Both the position numbers and the translations under genes were made by a program. Positions 32,539 through 44,571 of a stretch of 51,707 nucleotides of DNA are shown piece after piece. Where the stretch lies: positions 1-51,707 of the forward strand of contig JAAPAO010000216.1 in the NCBI GenBank assembly GCA_013115145.1. Reading direction: 5' to 3'. Source of the stretch: Perkinsus chesapeaki ATCC PRA-425 (Eukaryota > Protista > Perkinsozoa). The first letter of the stretch is position 1, and the number at the start of each line of letters is the position of its first letter. The notes under the pieces are model-generated. The model was not told the DNA's origin. It did not search any database and saw nothing but the letters and a program-made list of their open reading frames with translations.

Positions 32539-35500
32539 ATGCCCACGGAGGACATCGAGATCGCTAGGAACCTCGCAGCAAGAAGATTGGTCGAAGTACG
32601 CGGGGAAATAATTTGATCTTCAACCTTGTTTCCTAAAGGGCGCTGATGCAGCTAGTTCAGGAAGAGTTCGATGGAGCAGGTTTCTGGATTATATCATAGC
32701 CACCGAAGAGGTAGCTCCCGTGATCCCTGGTCATTGTGGCCAGCTCAACTTTAAAACGATGTTCGTCTGTGTCCCTTGCAGCTCTTAAGGAACCAGCCCA
32801 TCGTGTGCTCACGGGTCCATGAGTTTAACCCGTCCCCTCTGAACCAGGCCACTGCAGGGTGAGCTGCTTCCCACAGTTATCGTTTCGCCGATGGCATTTT
32901 CGTCGGTCCTTTAGTTACAAGCCTGTGGATGTGAAAGCCTTCTTTCATGCCATTATCGTTCACCCTGGCTCATCGGTGCTTCCACGCAAACGCTTGATTC
33001 TGCTGGAAGAGAACTCTAGTGTGTTCCATATTTCTGGAGAGCAAATTGACACCATCAGGAATCTTCCATGTGCATTCAGCGAGTACCGGTGTACGCGACA
33101 AACGTCTCGAAAGAATAATCACTGGACAGAGCCAAAATAAAGAGGTAGAGGCAGTTCTCCGTATGTGGCAGAAAGCCCGACTTGCAATGCTTCTATTGCA
33201 TTGCCTGATATAGCATGTATGCTTCCGGTTCCGCAGAGCACTCTTGGTGACAGAAAAACTGATCTGATAGCTCGTCTCGAGTCCTTGTTTTTTGCGTCAC
33301 TAAGTCAGCTCTCAATGTTGTCAGATCTTGGCCGCCTGCCTGATCAATCTGCCGGGTGAGGAAGAGCGTATGTTGCTAGTCACCAGCAGTCTGGACAAGA
33401 CCCTGAGTTAAGGCTTTCTTTTATACCTTTCAGAACATGAATCTTCAATAGCAGGTTCTGGGATGAAAATTTCATCAGCACCAAGACGTGGGAATTCGCG
33501 AAGACGTACATTGGCTCGTTGTGCTGGGCTACGAAAATCAGGGTGCTTTTCGGTGCGGACCACTTTAGCGGCTTCGTATATCAGTGGACGATCTCCTCTC
33601 TTTCGAATGTAAAGTTCCGTCATCTCAATTATGTTGTCATTTCTTCATCACTTCTCATAGCTACGTCTGGAGGAACCTCCTACGAAACTACGTCGAATCC
33701 ACACGGACATTGCAGGACACGCCATGAGGGTGAATAGAATCCTTTGGATCGAGCGCATGGAAGCCATCATAACCGCTGGGATGGACAAGTACCAAGTTGG
33801 ACAAGTTGAGGGAGGACAAGGAGCTGTGTTATTCAGGAAGATTGTCTTCTGGGACACAATCCAGTCACGAACTATGTTCGAGCTGAATGCCGCGCATACT
33901 AAAGCGGTGACCAATCTGGCGTATAACGGCGTTTCGTGTAAGGGTCGTGTAGGGCATCTGGTAGAGTCTGCTAAACTACGTATTGGAAGTAGTTCAGTAT
34001 AAGTACCCGATGCAGGATTCGAACCTACGACCATCTGCTCCGTAGGCAGACATTCTATCCAGCTGAACTAATCGGGCTATATCTAAATGTTTACATCCTG
34101 GTTGCGATTCAAGGAGAAGAAATCATCTTTTCTCTTAGGCACTGTGTTGAGCGCTGGCTACGACAGCACAATCAATATATGGGATGCGTACAGCGGTGTG
34201 AAGTAAGCCATCTTCCGCCAGCAGTACTGAGTTGCTGCTCCTGATCAGAGTGGGTGCGCTCGAAGGCCACACCTCTGCCGTGACCTCCCTTGAAGTCCTG
34301 AACAAGTGCTTTGCTCGCATGTCATGACCACTGCAGGTCCTCGAACGAATCGGGAGCTGTTTAGAGCTCAGTGTTGATGCCAGCGACTCCACACAGTGCA
34401 TGAGTGCCGATATGGGAGGCACTGTAAACTCTATAGGCCTTGTTTCCTGATACTCCCATCTCGCCAGATTAGACTGTGGCACATTGGCCGCCGGGAATGT
34501 ATCCAAGTCTTCAACTCAGCACATGGCTTGCCTAAAGGGATCGAGGATGGAAGTGTAGACCCGCGGTGTCTGGCGTTCGTCACCAATGATGTTGTGGCCA
34601 TGGTGGGATCTCTCGACCCTCCTTGCTCAATTGAGGCTCTGCTCAGGCCGGTAAACGATTCCTTTATTTTAGTCGAGATGAAACCAGGCCACAGTCCACG
34701 AGTGATGGTCCAATCTTGCCAGAGGTATGCCGATGCGACTGGCGTGTGGTGCAACTTCGGCGTCTCAGACGATTGCATTCAATGGGCGAGTGGGCCACAT
34801 CGTCACCACAGCCAACACTGATGTCGTTTTATGGAATGCGCTCACAGGGAAAAGGTTTCTGGTGACAGCTGCTCTCGCTAACTGGTTTAACTTGGGTTAA
34901 CTTGGGTCAGGTTTGTAGCAAAGTGGCTTCATCTAGCATCACAGCAATCTGTATTGAGAACTGTGACGAGAGGATCATCATCATTGGAACAGAGAAGGGG
35001 ACCCTAGCTGCTCATAACTACTCGACGATGACCAAGGTGTGCCTTTGCCAACGGAAGTGGGCCGCCCCCAGAAATACGTGCCGTATGTCTCTACATTGCT
35101 GCTGTAGCTGTTCACCGCCTATAACACAAGCATAGTTCGCCTCTGAAGCGGATCCTGTCGGAGCCCTCGACTCAGATAAGGGCCTTCAAAGGGCACACCA
35201 GGAAGATAGCATCGGTGGCCTGGCGAGAGCATAGAATTTTCTCCCTTTGTGCCGGCAACCAACTGATGATCCATGATGGGAGCCACATTGTCGCCGAAGA
35301 GAACCATCCACCCCCCGTGCTCAAGGTGGGCAGCCCTGCTGTCGCCCTACCTCCTGTTACACTTGAATCAGACTTTGGACCTCACTGCTTCTGGCACAGT
35401 TGTCATAGACTACTTCATCCAGGGCCGTCAAGTGGCTCATGGAAGCGAGGATGGGACTGTGTCTTGGTATGGCCCGGTATGACTGACTGCGGCATTCTTC

Positions 35501-37312
35501 CGACAAGAGATGCAATTTCAAACGAGGCTTGAGGATACGTTTGACAGAGCCAGTGAAAAACTGATGAATTTTCACTGGATAACAATGACTTAAAGACTGC
35601 CGGTTTCTTGTAACTTCACTTTACGATCATGCAGGAAGGCGACACTTCTCGTCTCCTCGTAACCGGACACTATCTCGTACTCCTGGCAGACTTAGTGATA
35701 CTATGTAGCAATATGGTATTGTAGGTACCGCATCGACTCTGGCAAGTTAGAGAGTTCACGACTTGCTCCACAAACGTCAACTGCCAGTAGGCCTCACTCT
35801 CGCAACAGTGTAGCTTTATCAGTGAATTCTTACCAGTCCGAGCCAGTGGTACATCGCTCGTTGCTTATCTCACTGTCCCCACAGCAAACTCGAAGCCGAA
35901 CGCTTCAGCCACCCTGAGCCTGAGCTCTTCTGGTGCTGTCACTCTCTTTGGTCTGCAACCAATGGAAAGATTTGAGCCTCTCATCTCCTGGAGGCTCGCA
36001 TGGAGCTCCCAAGAAGGAACTCAACGGCCGATGATAGTCACTCTTGATGACACTGTAAGTTCAGACAGGTTTAAGGAATCTCTATCAAGTCTACTTCCAG
36101 AACACTATCTATTGCAGGAACTGCCCCCAGCCTCTTACGGACTTCAGTACCTCAATAAACCTTAGCAATATCACATGCCAAGCCCTACTTTGTCTTCTCG
36201 TAAATGCCTCGCTGTCCATCGCTGCATATGGGTACACCGTCATGGTTCGTCTTACACTGCATCAGCGCGTCGAATTTTTCTCATGAACTGCCCATTATCT
36301 CTCAGGCACAGCCCATGGTGGTATCAGCATCTTTAGTGGTCGATGAGTCTCAGCAGCACGCTCCCGCTCTACAGAGAGCTGACACCAAGTACTATGCTGT
36401 CGCCGCTGAGAACCATAGAAGAGCCGTTCGCAGGGAGGAAGTGACAGTGGCGGCTTCGCCGACGTACAGCATGCGAAGTACGATAGTTCCGGCCCCCACA
36501 GAGCCTGCTCGGTGGTTCTTGTATGTTGCTACCGAGTGTGGTGTGATAATGAAATGGGACTTGAGCCAAGCCTCGGAAGTAGGCTATCCGACCATCTGAC
36601 CTGGATCCTCCTTCAGCTGGTCGTCCAACCTCGATCGGCATCCTCACTAGAGGTCCAGGAAGGCATCTTGCAGGTTACCTTAGTGTATTCTGCTAGCCTG
36701 TCAATTCTCTAGTAGGAGCTCCACCTTGAATGGTGCTCGGTCAGTCCCAAGAGAGCTACAGTACATTGTATTGTCGACCATCCTAATAAGGATGTATCCT
36801 TAGTGAGCCTAACCCCGTCCATTTGCTTTGTCTACTATGCGGCCAGCTACTATCCTTGAGCAACATCGATTACACAGTACGTTTGTGGAACTCGTCAAGT
36901 GGTGAGCTCATAGGTGGTTTACAGCAGGCAGGCCCTGGATGGCCCATGCCCGACACTTTAGCCAGTGCGGCCCTCAAGGAGGTGAGCGAGGCGTCGACGT
37001 TTTTTGGCAGCACCGATCTATTCCAGGAAGCCAGTGTTGGATCGTCTACTCAGGAGCCTGGAGGGCTGACAACTGGCCCTGTGCCTGCACGAGCTCTCTC
37101 TGGCGTGCAGCCTAATATGGAACGTGATTTTGTTGTCAATTTTGTATAGCGAAATCTTGGTGGTAGGTACTCATCACAGCGACGATCGGTCCGGGAAGGG
37201 CTACCGCGGCAAGGAGCAGAGGATATCAGTATGCCAGTTGATAACCGATGGAGACGCAGCACCACTGGAAAGTGGATTCGTTCGATCTGAAAGGCAAGTC
37301 TGTCGTCCGTAA
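32539..37312 (+). CDS. Large multi-exon WD40-repeat protein (both ends approximate)
   Basis: Spliced WD40 repeats: GHAMRVNRILWIERMEAIITAGMDKKIVFWD and AHTKAVTNLAYNGVSCTVLSAGYDSTINIWD. Also IRLWH, VLWNA, HGSEDGTVSWY, TECGVIMKWD and IDYTVRLWN. Confidence 0.75.
34004..34077 (-). tRNA. tRNA-Arg(ACG), inside WD40 intron 33938-34138, antisense
   Basis: Reverse complement GCCCGATTAGTTCAGCTGGATAGAATGTCTGCCTACGGAGCAGATGGTCGTAGGTTCGAATCCTGCATCGGGTA; anticodon arm TCTGC-CTACGGA-GCAGA. Confidence 0.93.
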
Positions 37313-38131
37313 TGTGTTAGATAAGCAAAGGCTCATCGTACACCAAGCTCTCAAACTTCGTGCCACATCATTCGCGCTATCGGTGGTAGCCTAACTAGAC
37401 ACTCTCTAAGATATCCAACTGACTCTTTCTTTGCTAGTTTTCATATAGTGTGTGCACACAATGTAGTATCCTTCCTGTGTTTTTTGAACATGCACATGGA
37501 AGATTATCAAAGTCGTGACCATTTGTTTCCCGTTCATTGGGGTCCGACGAACGGCCGCGTCGACAGCGCTCCCGAGCTCACAAGCCCTGTCGTTACGGTA
37601 TAGCACAGCCTACTGTAGTGGCTTGCCGGGACTGTTGCTTATCAGATTTGACTCATCGGTAACAAAGGCTGCTGAGCGGCTCGCGTCTGCCCTGAACTCG
37701 ATGAAAGGCATGTGACTGTATCATTTGTGAGGTCTCGTTGCTAACCATAGAGTTGCGTTGATAAAGTGAACCACCAAAGCTGAGCGTTGTATAATGACAG
37801 AATTCACTCCCGAAGGTGCAGACTCTTCATTAGGGGCCTGTAAGGATAATCTCTCTATCAATCAGTAGCCATTCATTTCAGCTACTCTTCCCGGAGATGA
37901 GTGTATGCCACTAGAAAAGGTATCTTATCTCCAGCATCGACCGTCTATCTATTGTTGATCAGAGCCTGCTGAGCAACTTGGCCGCGGGCCATGCCAGAGC
38001 CAGGTCGCCAGTGCCCCCGTTGAAAATTCCAGCATCAGTCGCAATGCAAATGTGAACTGTGCCGTGCCCTCCAAGAAGCGTCGGGTATGCTCGTCAGGTA
38101 TGGAAGCCACCGTCCGCTCTCCTCTGACCGG

Positions 38132-38713
38132 ATGCTTGCCTCCCCTACGAACCCACCGTTTTGTGGCAACTCCTCGGCTCGTGAAATGTATACAGAGCTC
38201 TTCAGAAGGGCGGATGAGAAAATAGAAGAGCAGGCAGAGATGATAAGAAAACAACGAGAAGAGCTGGAAGAAGCCAACGAACGACTCCGACGCGTAACGG
38301 GCTTGAGTGCCCTTCCATTGGTTATTGCATCCATTCTGCAGTCATCGCGTACAGTACCGAGGCTCGAGCTAGCTGAGCGGGTGGCTGAAGAGTGCGATGA
38401 AGCCCACGAAAGGCTACATATGGCGACCGATCGCATCAGAGAGTTAGAGTCGCTGAACCGGCGGCTGGCGGAGGATCTTGCTAGTCGACGGAAGGACGGA
38501 ACAAATGGACCGACTCTCGACGTCCGGCGAGGAATGTGTTGCTTTTCAAGGGACTTTTGCAGACCACCTCGTTGTCAAGCTCGTGGTGCTCGTCTATTAT
38601 TTTCGAAAGGTTGGATGCAACACCGTATGCTATTATCATACAGAGGTCACATCCGCTTGGTATTGTCGCACTTGTGTCATCTCCGTCAGGTTCTGGAGGG
38701 GAAGGCGAGATAG
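38132..38713 (+). CDS. Hypothetical coiled-coil protein (probably spliced; ends uncertain)
   Basis: Heptad-like E/K/R-rich segments ADEKIEEQAEMIRKQREELEEANERLRR and ERLHMATDRIRELESLNRRLAEDL, separated by a likely GT-AG intron. Confidence 0.45.
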   Translation: MLASPTNPPFCGNSSAREMYTELFRRADEKIEEQAEMIRKQREELEEANERLRRVTGLSALPLVIASILQSSRTVPRLELAERVAEECDEAHERLHMATDRIRELESLNRRLAEDLASRRKDGTNGPTLDVRRGMCCFSRDFCRPPRCQARGARLLFSKGWMQHRMLLSYRGHIRLVLSHLCHLRQVLEGKAR

Positions 38714-39679
38714 ACGTGCGAGCCGATGCTGCCAACTTTGGGGAAGACTAACCCACCGAGCCCTTGCACGATCCCATCGTCGAGCTGCCTCTAATGTGTG
38801 CCCTTCTACTCAGAAAGCACAACACTACAGCAGCTTCACCGCCAATTGTGCTCTGGAAGCAACCTCCGTCCCTGCCGACCTTCCCCTGGTCAAAGGCTGC
38901 CGGCCCACTGACGGAACGCAACGACCTTTTCGGTCTGTGCATGCCTATAGGAAGGCTTTTCAAGAGCCGCTAGTGCCCAGTGGCATACCTTCGACAAGAT
39001 TGCCCGATTTGCATACAGTGGAGACTGAGGCCAGGAATCCTCATACGGTCTTCGCTACGCCTAGGACAATCACAAATAGGAAGCCTGATGGAGGATGGAG
39101 TGGCATCAGCACAAGACCATCACCAGGAATGTGTATTGCGCATTCCGAGGGCTCCGCGACGCAAAGGTCTCCTCAGGCGTGGTGCAGTCAGGTGGCGATG
39201 TTACTGAACGAGCTTCTCAAGACCGGCAACACGTGGCGGTTACACCACGGCGCGTCTATTCAGAGTGGCCCATGACAAGCCGAACTGATGTCTCCCGTAT
39301 GGCCTGGGACCGAGGCCAACTGGGCTTGTTGCCGCCCCAGTTGATGGATGTACCAGTTGCGAACCGCACTATCTGACCTCATGGCAGGGTTAGGTACGGC
39401 GAAAGCCGCGAAGTGCTCGTGCTGGAAACGCTGGTACCATTGTATCGATGAGAAGCCTCAAATTGGAGAGATGATATTTTTGCATGCTGGTGAATAATTA
39501 ATGTTTCTCTCAGACCCTGGGTCTGGCTTTCCCTACACATCTTTTCCTTTTAATTAATCAACTCAAGATGAACAAGTAATGGCCTGAACAATTTTGTTCA
39601 GTGAAATTGTCTAGTATTTTGAGAATAATAGATATGTTAAAGTGATAAATGCGTTTAGTATCTTTTGAGGCAACAAAAT

Positions 39680-40765
39680 TTACGCAGAAGCCTGCTTGGC
39701 ATTAGTCTTCTCAGACTTAGTAGTAGCAGTCTTCTTCTGACTGTTGCTCCTCTTTAGGATGCTTTGAGAGATCTTATCGAGATCCTGCTCAGCCTCCATA
39801 AGAGAGCCAACTAGCTCCTTAGCCGCATCACGGTTCTGTACCAAACCAAGGTTATCGAGAATGTCCACGAACTCTCTGGCGACGTCGTCACTGTCGGTCT
39901 TGCTCAGCTGCTTCTGAGCTTCCTTCGAGGGGACTTCGTCTTTAGCTTCGTCAATTCCCAGAATGTGGTCGGTAACACGCTGTAGATCCTCACCAGACTT
40001 CACGAGCCTTCTGACAAACCTCTCAGCATCCTCCTTCTTCTGGACGAAACCCATCTGGGTGAGAAGATCGACCATAGTGTCTTCGGCTTCCTTCTCGGAC
40101 TTCACTTCCTTCTCGATATGAACCTCCTTCGGTTTGGCAACCTGAGCTTGCTGCTTCTGCTGAACCGGCTGGACCACCTTCTTCTCTCTGGGCTTGCCAG
40201 CCTTCTGCGAGGAGGCACGCTCGGCCTGCTCTTGTGCTTGAATCTCTTGGGTCAGAACTGCAAGATCTTGACCAGCATTCAGGAGAGTGTCCACCAAACG
40301 GTAGGCGCCATCCATAGTGCTCATGAACTCAAGGTCGGTGAGGAGCTGGGCAAGAGTATCAGCAACAGTATCCTCAACGGCTTCCTCATCAGCCTTCTGC
40401 TCGGGCTGGGCTTGCTCCTTCTGCTCGGGCTGGGCTTGCTCCTTCTGCTCGGGCTGGGCTTGCTCCTTAGAAGCAGTTGTAGTGGTAGCAGGAGCATCGG
40501 TCTTAATGAAGAGGTCGAGGGTAGGAGAAGATGGCTTGCGCTCGGAAGCGAGAACCAGTGCATCACCAATAGACAAGTCGTTCAAAAGGCACATCTCATC
40601 ATCGTCATCGATATAGTAGACGCGATAGTCGGTACCTTTCAACTCGGGCCAGGCTTGCTCGATATAGTCGTGGATTTGACACAAGTCTTGGCAAGCGTCA
40701 ATGGTGGTGCGGACACGTAGAGTCTGCAATGTAGTACGGAGCTTGAGAATAAGATCACTAGCCAT
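39680..40765 (-). CDS. PB1-like + 3x UBA-like repeat protein, paralog 1 (361 aa, intronless)
   Basis: Clean single ORF. N-terminal LILKL...YYIDDDDEMCLLND...TLDLFIK fits PB1 (basic Lys plus OPCA-like acidic loop). Three ~40-aa repeats, one with MGF. Confidence 0.88.
   Translation of the reverse strand: MASDLILKLRTTLQTLRVRTTIDACQDLCQIHDYIEQAWPELKGTDYRVYYIDDDDEMCLLNDLSIGDALVLASERKPSSPTLDLFIKTDAPATTTTASKEQAQPEQKEQAQPEQKEQAQPEQKADEEAVEDTVADTLAQLLTDLEFMSTMDGAYRLVDTLLNAGQDLAVLTQEIQAQEQAERASSQKAGKPREKKVVQPVQQKQQAQVAKPKEVHIEKEVKSEKEAEDTMVDLLTQMGFVQKKEDAERFVRRLVKSGEDLQRVTDHILGIDEAKDEVPSKEAQKQLSKTDSDDVAREFVDILDNLGLVQNRDAAKELVGSLMEAEQDLDKISQSILKRSNSQKKTATTKSEKTNAKQASA
40393..40468 (-). repeat. 24-bp in-frame tandem repeat x3 (KEQAQPEQ)
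   Basis: CCTTCTGCTCGGGCTGGGCTTGCT repeated three times in the linker of paralog 1. Confidence 0.9.
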
Positions 40766-41522
40766 AGTGTATTAGTAACGATTAAGAAAAATCTAATTTG
40801 GAGTTGAGTGAGTCTTTTCAGCCAGTCGGCCAAGTTTCAGCGCAACACAATGTCGCTACGAAGCGCTACAAATTGCGCAAAGGTCGTACTTCATGTTTTT
40901 CAGTAAAACACGATTCAGGCTAGAAAGTTAATCGTAAGCGATTGTCAGGGATCTTATGAAGCTCATCAGGAAGCCTTAGGGGGCGTAAGAAGACTAGCAA
41001 TCTGCTTCATGATTGGTGAATTGGTTTATCTGTGGAGGGGACAAGTTGTGTGCCAAGGGACATTTTTTGTGTCGAGGGTTTGTCACCTCAAGCTGCAATT
41101 TGTAAGGAAGATGTATCCTGATCTGGGTCCCTTCAGAACTTGATCCGTTACTACATCGCTCTCTTATCGCAGCTCAACTGCAAAGCGCTGCTCGATGCCA
41201 TCCAAGATACAATGGCGAGTTGTCCACATTGTCGCCGACCATATTGTCACAACATTATTGTGACCGTGCCTTCTTTTCCCTTTCTCAAACCCTGCCGGTC
41301 TCGAAGCCACTACACCTGTTTGATTGAATAGTTCTCAACTACACCATGGGTGTTCTCTCATTATCCACCAGTTAAACAATCAGTGATTGAAGTGTTGATT
41401 GCCACAAGCGTTAGTAACCACGCAACACTTTCCTGACCCTTTCGATTCAAAAGTATTTGAAATCTAGACAATGAGTTTCTCATAATTAAATTATATTGGT
41501 ATTATATCTACTATAGTCAAGT

Positions 41523-42572
41523 TCACTGCGACAAGCTCTTCTGAACAGTCGAACTATTTGACAGTCTTTTAGAGAGATCATCAAGATCAGCCTGAGTAGC
41601 CATTAGAGCACTGACGAGTTCTCTTGCAGCGGCCTTGTTCTGAATGAATCCGAAATCACTGAGCATGTCGACGAAGTTTCTTGCTAGTGGATCAGCTTGA
41701 ACATTCTGAAGCTCCTTCGTCTCATCCTCAACTTCCTTAGTATCCTTCTTGGCATCAGCCTTCTCGTAACCCATCAGGCGATCAGCAACCTTCTGCATGC
41801 TTGACAAGTTGTCGAACATGTTGTTGACAAGCTCCTCGCCGCTCTTCTTGTCACTGACAAATCCAGACTTGTTCAAGAAGTCGGCCATTGCATCTTTAGC
41901 CTCCTTCTCGGAAGACACTCCCTTCTCCATATGCATCACCTTGGGCTCAGAGCCTGATTGCTGGACAGCCTTCTCACAGCTAACGCTGACCTCAGGCTTT
42001 TCCTGCGAAGTAGCAACCTCCTTTTGAGCAGCGTCGTTCTCCTTTTCAACAGAGGGCTCTTCTTTCTTGTCGACGACGGCCTCCCCTTCTTTCTTCTCGA
42101 CCTTCTGCTCCTTCTTAGCCTTCAATGAATCGGCAACCTTGGCCATATCCTGATCAGCAGCCGCCAAACTGTCAACCAAACGCAATGCGGCGAAAGGATC
42201 AGTGACATAGTCCAAATCGTCGAGCAAATCAGCAACCATGAGAGCAGTGGGGTCCAATGGAGTAAAGCTAGGCTGTTCACCTCCCTTAACGTCCACGTAG
42301 ATATCCAATACAGGGACAGTATTAGAGATCCTGCCCCTAGCATCAGCAACTGCCAAAGCATCAGGGAGAGAGAGGTCGTTCAGTAGACACATCTCACCTA
42401 CGTTGTCCAAGTAGAAGAGGCGATAGTCGCGGAACTGAAGTTCACGCCAGGCCTTTTCCACAAAACCACAGAGCTGCTCGTAGGTCTGGCACTGTTCGGG
42501 ATCGACTCTAACACGGATTGTCTCCGAATCAGAGTGCAACTTAAGGCATAGAACACTTGCGATAGATGACAT
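41523..42572 (-). CDS. PB1-like + 3x UBA-like repeat protein, paralog 2 (349 aa)
   Basis: LCLKL...FYLDNVGEMCLLND...PVLDIYVD followed by three helical repeats. Intronless. Confidence 0.88.
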   Translation of the reverse strand: MSSIASVLCLKLHSDSETIRVRVDPEQCQTYEQLCGFVEKAWRELQFRDYRLFYLDNVGEMCLLNDLSLPDALAVADARGRISNTVPVLDIYVDVKGGEQPSFTPLDPTALMVADLLDDLDYVTDPFAALRLVDSLAAADQDMAKVADSLKAKKEQKVEKKEGEAVVDKKEEPSVEKENDAAQKEVATSQEKPEVSVSCEKAVQQSGSEPKVMHMEKGVSSEKEAKDAMADFLNKSGFVSDKKSGEELVNNMFDNLSSMQKVADRLMGYEKADAKKDTKEVEDETKELQNVQADPLARNFVDMLSDFGFIQNKAAARELVSALMATQADLDDLSKRLSNSSTVQKSLSQ

Positions 42573-43018
42573 ATTTAAACGATCAATGAATTCAATAAAC
42601 TGAACAGACCAGTTAATCGTATCACACTCTTCCCCAAAACGATATCAGAATGTTTGCGTCTAATCTGATTCAACCCGCATTAGCGGTGCTTCGTTGCTGG
42701 CTGATATGGGGTGAGAATAGCTCTTAGCGGTCTGACCCGCGCTTTAACACAACATCACACAAGTCGTAGCACAACAACCTGTCCCCTCTCGATGTTCTGG
42801 ATAGGTGCTGTTCACAAAGTCGTGGAGAAGGGTCACCCTTTGTAAGCCCCGTTACACTGATGGGAAGATCACGCTCATTTAGAATGAGAATGCCGTAGTG
42901 AGTATTCTGGCATTGTAGACTCCTGTTGGTTCTAAATTGGCTTCCTCTTCGACACCAGGGTTGAGATTTAGTGGTAACACTTTCTTTTTAGACGTTCTTC
43001 GTGTGAATATGGTGTAAC

Positions 43019-43074
43019 ACTCAACTCTTTTGACGATTCGTCAAAAGAGTTGAGTCTTCGTCAATGACGAAGAC
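43019..43074. repeat. Two abutting near-perfect palindromes
   Basis: 18-bp arms at 43019-43036 and 43038-43055; 10-bp arms at 43054-43063 and 43065-43074. Each has a 1-nt centre. Confidence 0.9.
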
Positions 43075-43521
43075 AGGCTGTTTTAAACAAGAGTTCGTAT
43101 AGAAAGGCACGCATGTAGCTAGACGCTACCAAGGACACGTTATGTGGTGTGGTAATGCGCATCGAGGACGAAATTACTCTGACGGATGAGCTACAGAAGC
43201 GTCAATCGGGCCTATTAGCAGTCGTAATCATCCAATACTTGCCCGCGGCCGGATGTCTGTGTGCCTCTTTCGATGCACTTCGCGTGAGTTTAGTAAGTGT
43301 GTGTCCGAGTCTTCTCTAACCAAGTTTACACAGTTTTACAGGCTACTGCACATTGCTAATATTTGAGACAAGAAGTATGCTCACCTACAATAGCCCACTC
43401 CAATCCCCACTACAAGCTGCGCAACACTTGCCCGGTTATTTCGATTCAAAAGTATTTGAAATCTAGACAATGAGTTTCTCACAATTAAATTATATTGGTA
43501 TTATATCTACTATAGTCAAGT

Positions 43522-44571
43522 TCACTGCGACAAGCTCTTCTGAACAGTCGAACTACTTGACAGTCTTTTAGAGAGATCATCCAGATCAGCCTGAGTAGCC
43601 ATTAGAGCACTGACGAGTTCTCTTGCAGCGGCCTTGTTCTGAATGAATCCGAAATCACTGAGCATGTCGACGAAGTTTCTTGCTAGTGGATCAGCTTGAA
43701 CATTCTGAAGCTCCTTCGTCTCATCCTCAACTTCCTTAGTATCCTTCTTTGCATCAGCCTTCTCGTAACCCATCAGGCGATCAGCAACCTTCTGCATGCT
43801 TGACAAGTTGTCGAACATGTTGTTGACAAGCTCCTCGCCGCTCTTCTTGTCACTGACAAATCCAGACTTGTTCAAGAAGTCGGCCATTGCATCTTTAGCC
43901 TCCTTCTCGGAAGACACTTCCTTCTCCATATGCATCACCTTGGGCTCAGAGCCTGATTGCTGGACAGCCTTCTCGCAGCTAACGCTGACCTCAGGCTTTT
44001 CCTGCGAAGTAGCAACCTGCTTTTGAGCAGCATCGTTCTCCTTTTCAACAGAGGGCTCTTCTTTCTTGTCGACGACGGCCTTCTCTTCTTTCTTCTCAGC
44101 CTTCTGCTCCTTCTTAGCCTTCAATGAATCGGCAACCTTGGCCATATCCTGATCAGCAGCCGCTAAACTGTCAACCAAACGCAATGCTGCGAAAGGATCA
44201 GTGACATAGTCCAAGTCGTCGAGCAAATCAGCAACCATGAGAGCAGTGGGGTCCAATGGAGTAAAGCTAGGCTGTTCACCTCCCTTAACGTCCACGTAGA
44301 TATCCAATACAGGGACAGTATTAGAGATCTTGCCCCTAGCATCAGCAACTGCCAACGCATCAGGGAGAGAGAGGTCGTTCAGTAGACACATCTCACCGAC
44401 GTTGTCCAAGTAGAAGAGGCGATAGTCGCGGAACTGAAGTTCACGCCAGGCCTTTTCCACAAAACCACAGAGTTGCTCGTAGGTCTGGCACTGTTCGGGA
44501 TCGACTCTAACACGGATTGTCTCCGAATCAGAGTGCAACTTAAGGCATAGAACACTTGCGATAGATGACAT
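43522..44571 (-). CDS. PB1-like + 3x UBA-like repeat protein, paralog 3 (349 aa), recent duplicate of paralog 2
   Basis: Seven amino-acid differences from paralog 2; offset 1999 nt. Confidence 0.88.
   Translation of the reverse strand: MSSIASVLCLKLHSDSETIRVRVDPEQCQTYEQLCGFVEKAWRELQFRDYRLFYLDNVGEMCLLNDLSLPDALAVADARGKISNTVPVLDIYVDVKGGEQPSFTPLDPTALMVADLLDDLDYVTDPFAALRLVDSLAAADQDMAKVADSLKAKKEQKAEKKEEKAVVDKKEEPSVEKENDAAQKQVATSQEKPEVSVSCEKAVQQSGSEPKVMHMEKEVSSEKEAKDAMADFLNKSGFVSDKKSGEELVNNMFDNLSSMQKVADRLMGYEKADAKKDTKEVEDETKELQNVQADPLARNFVDMLSDFGFIQNKAAARELVSALMATQADLDDLSKRLSSSSTVQKSLSQ

Noticed and set aside
38478-39275. 265-aa ORF as a standalone gene
   Set aside because: It has a non-ATG start, shadow-like composition and no motif, and it overlaps the likelier coiled-coil frame.
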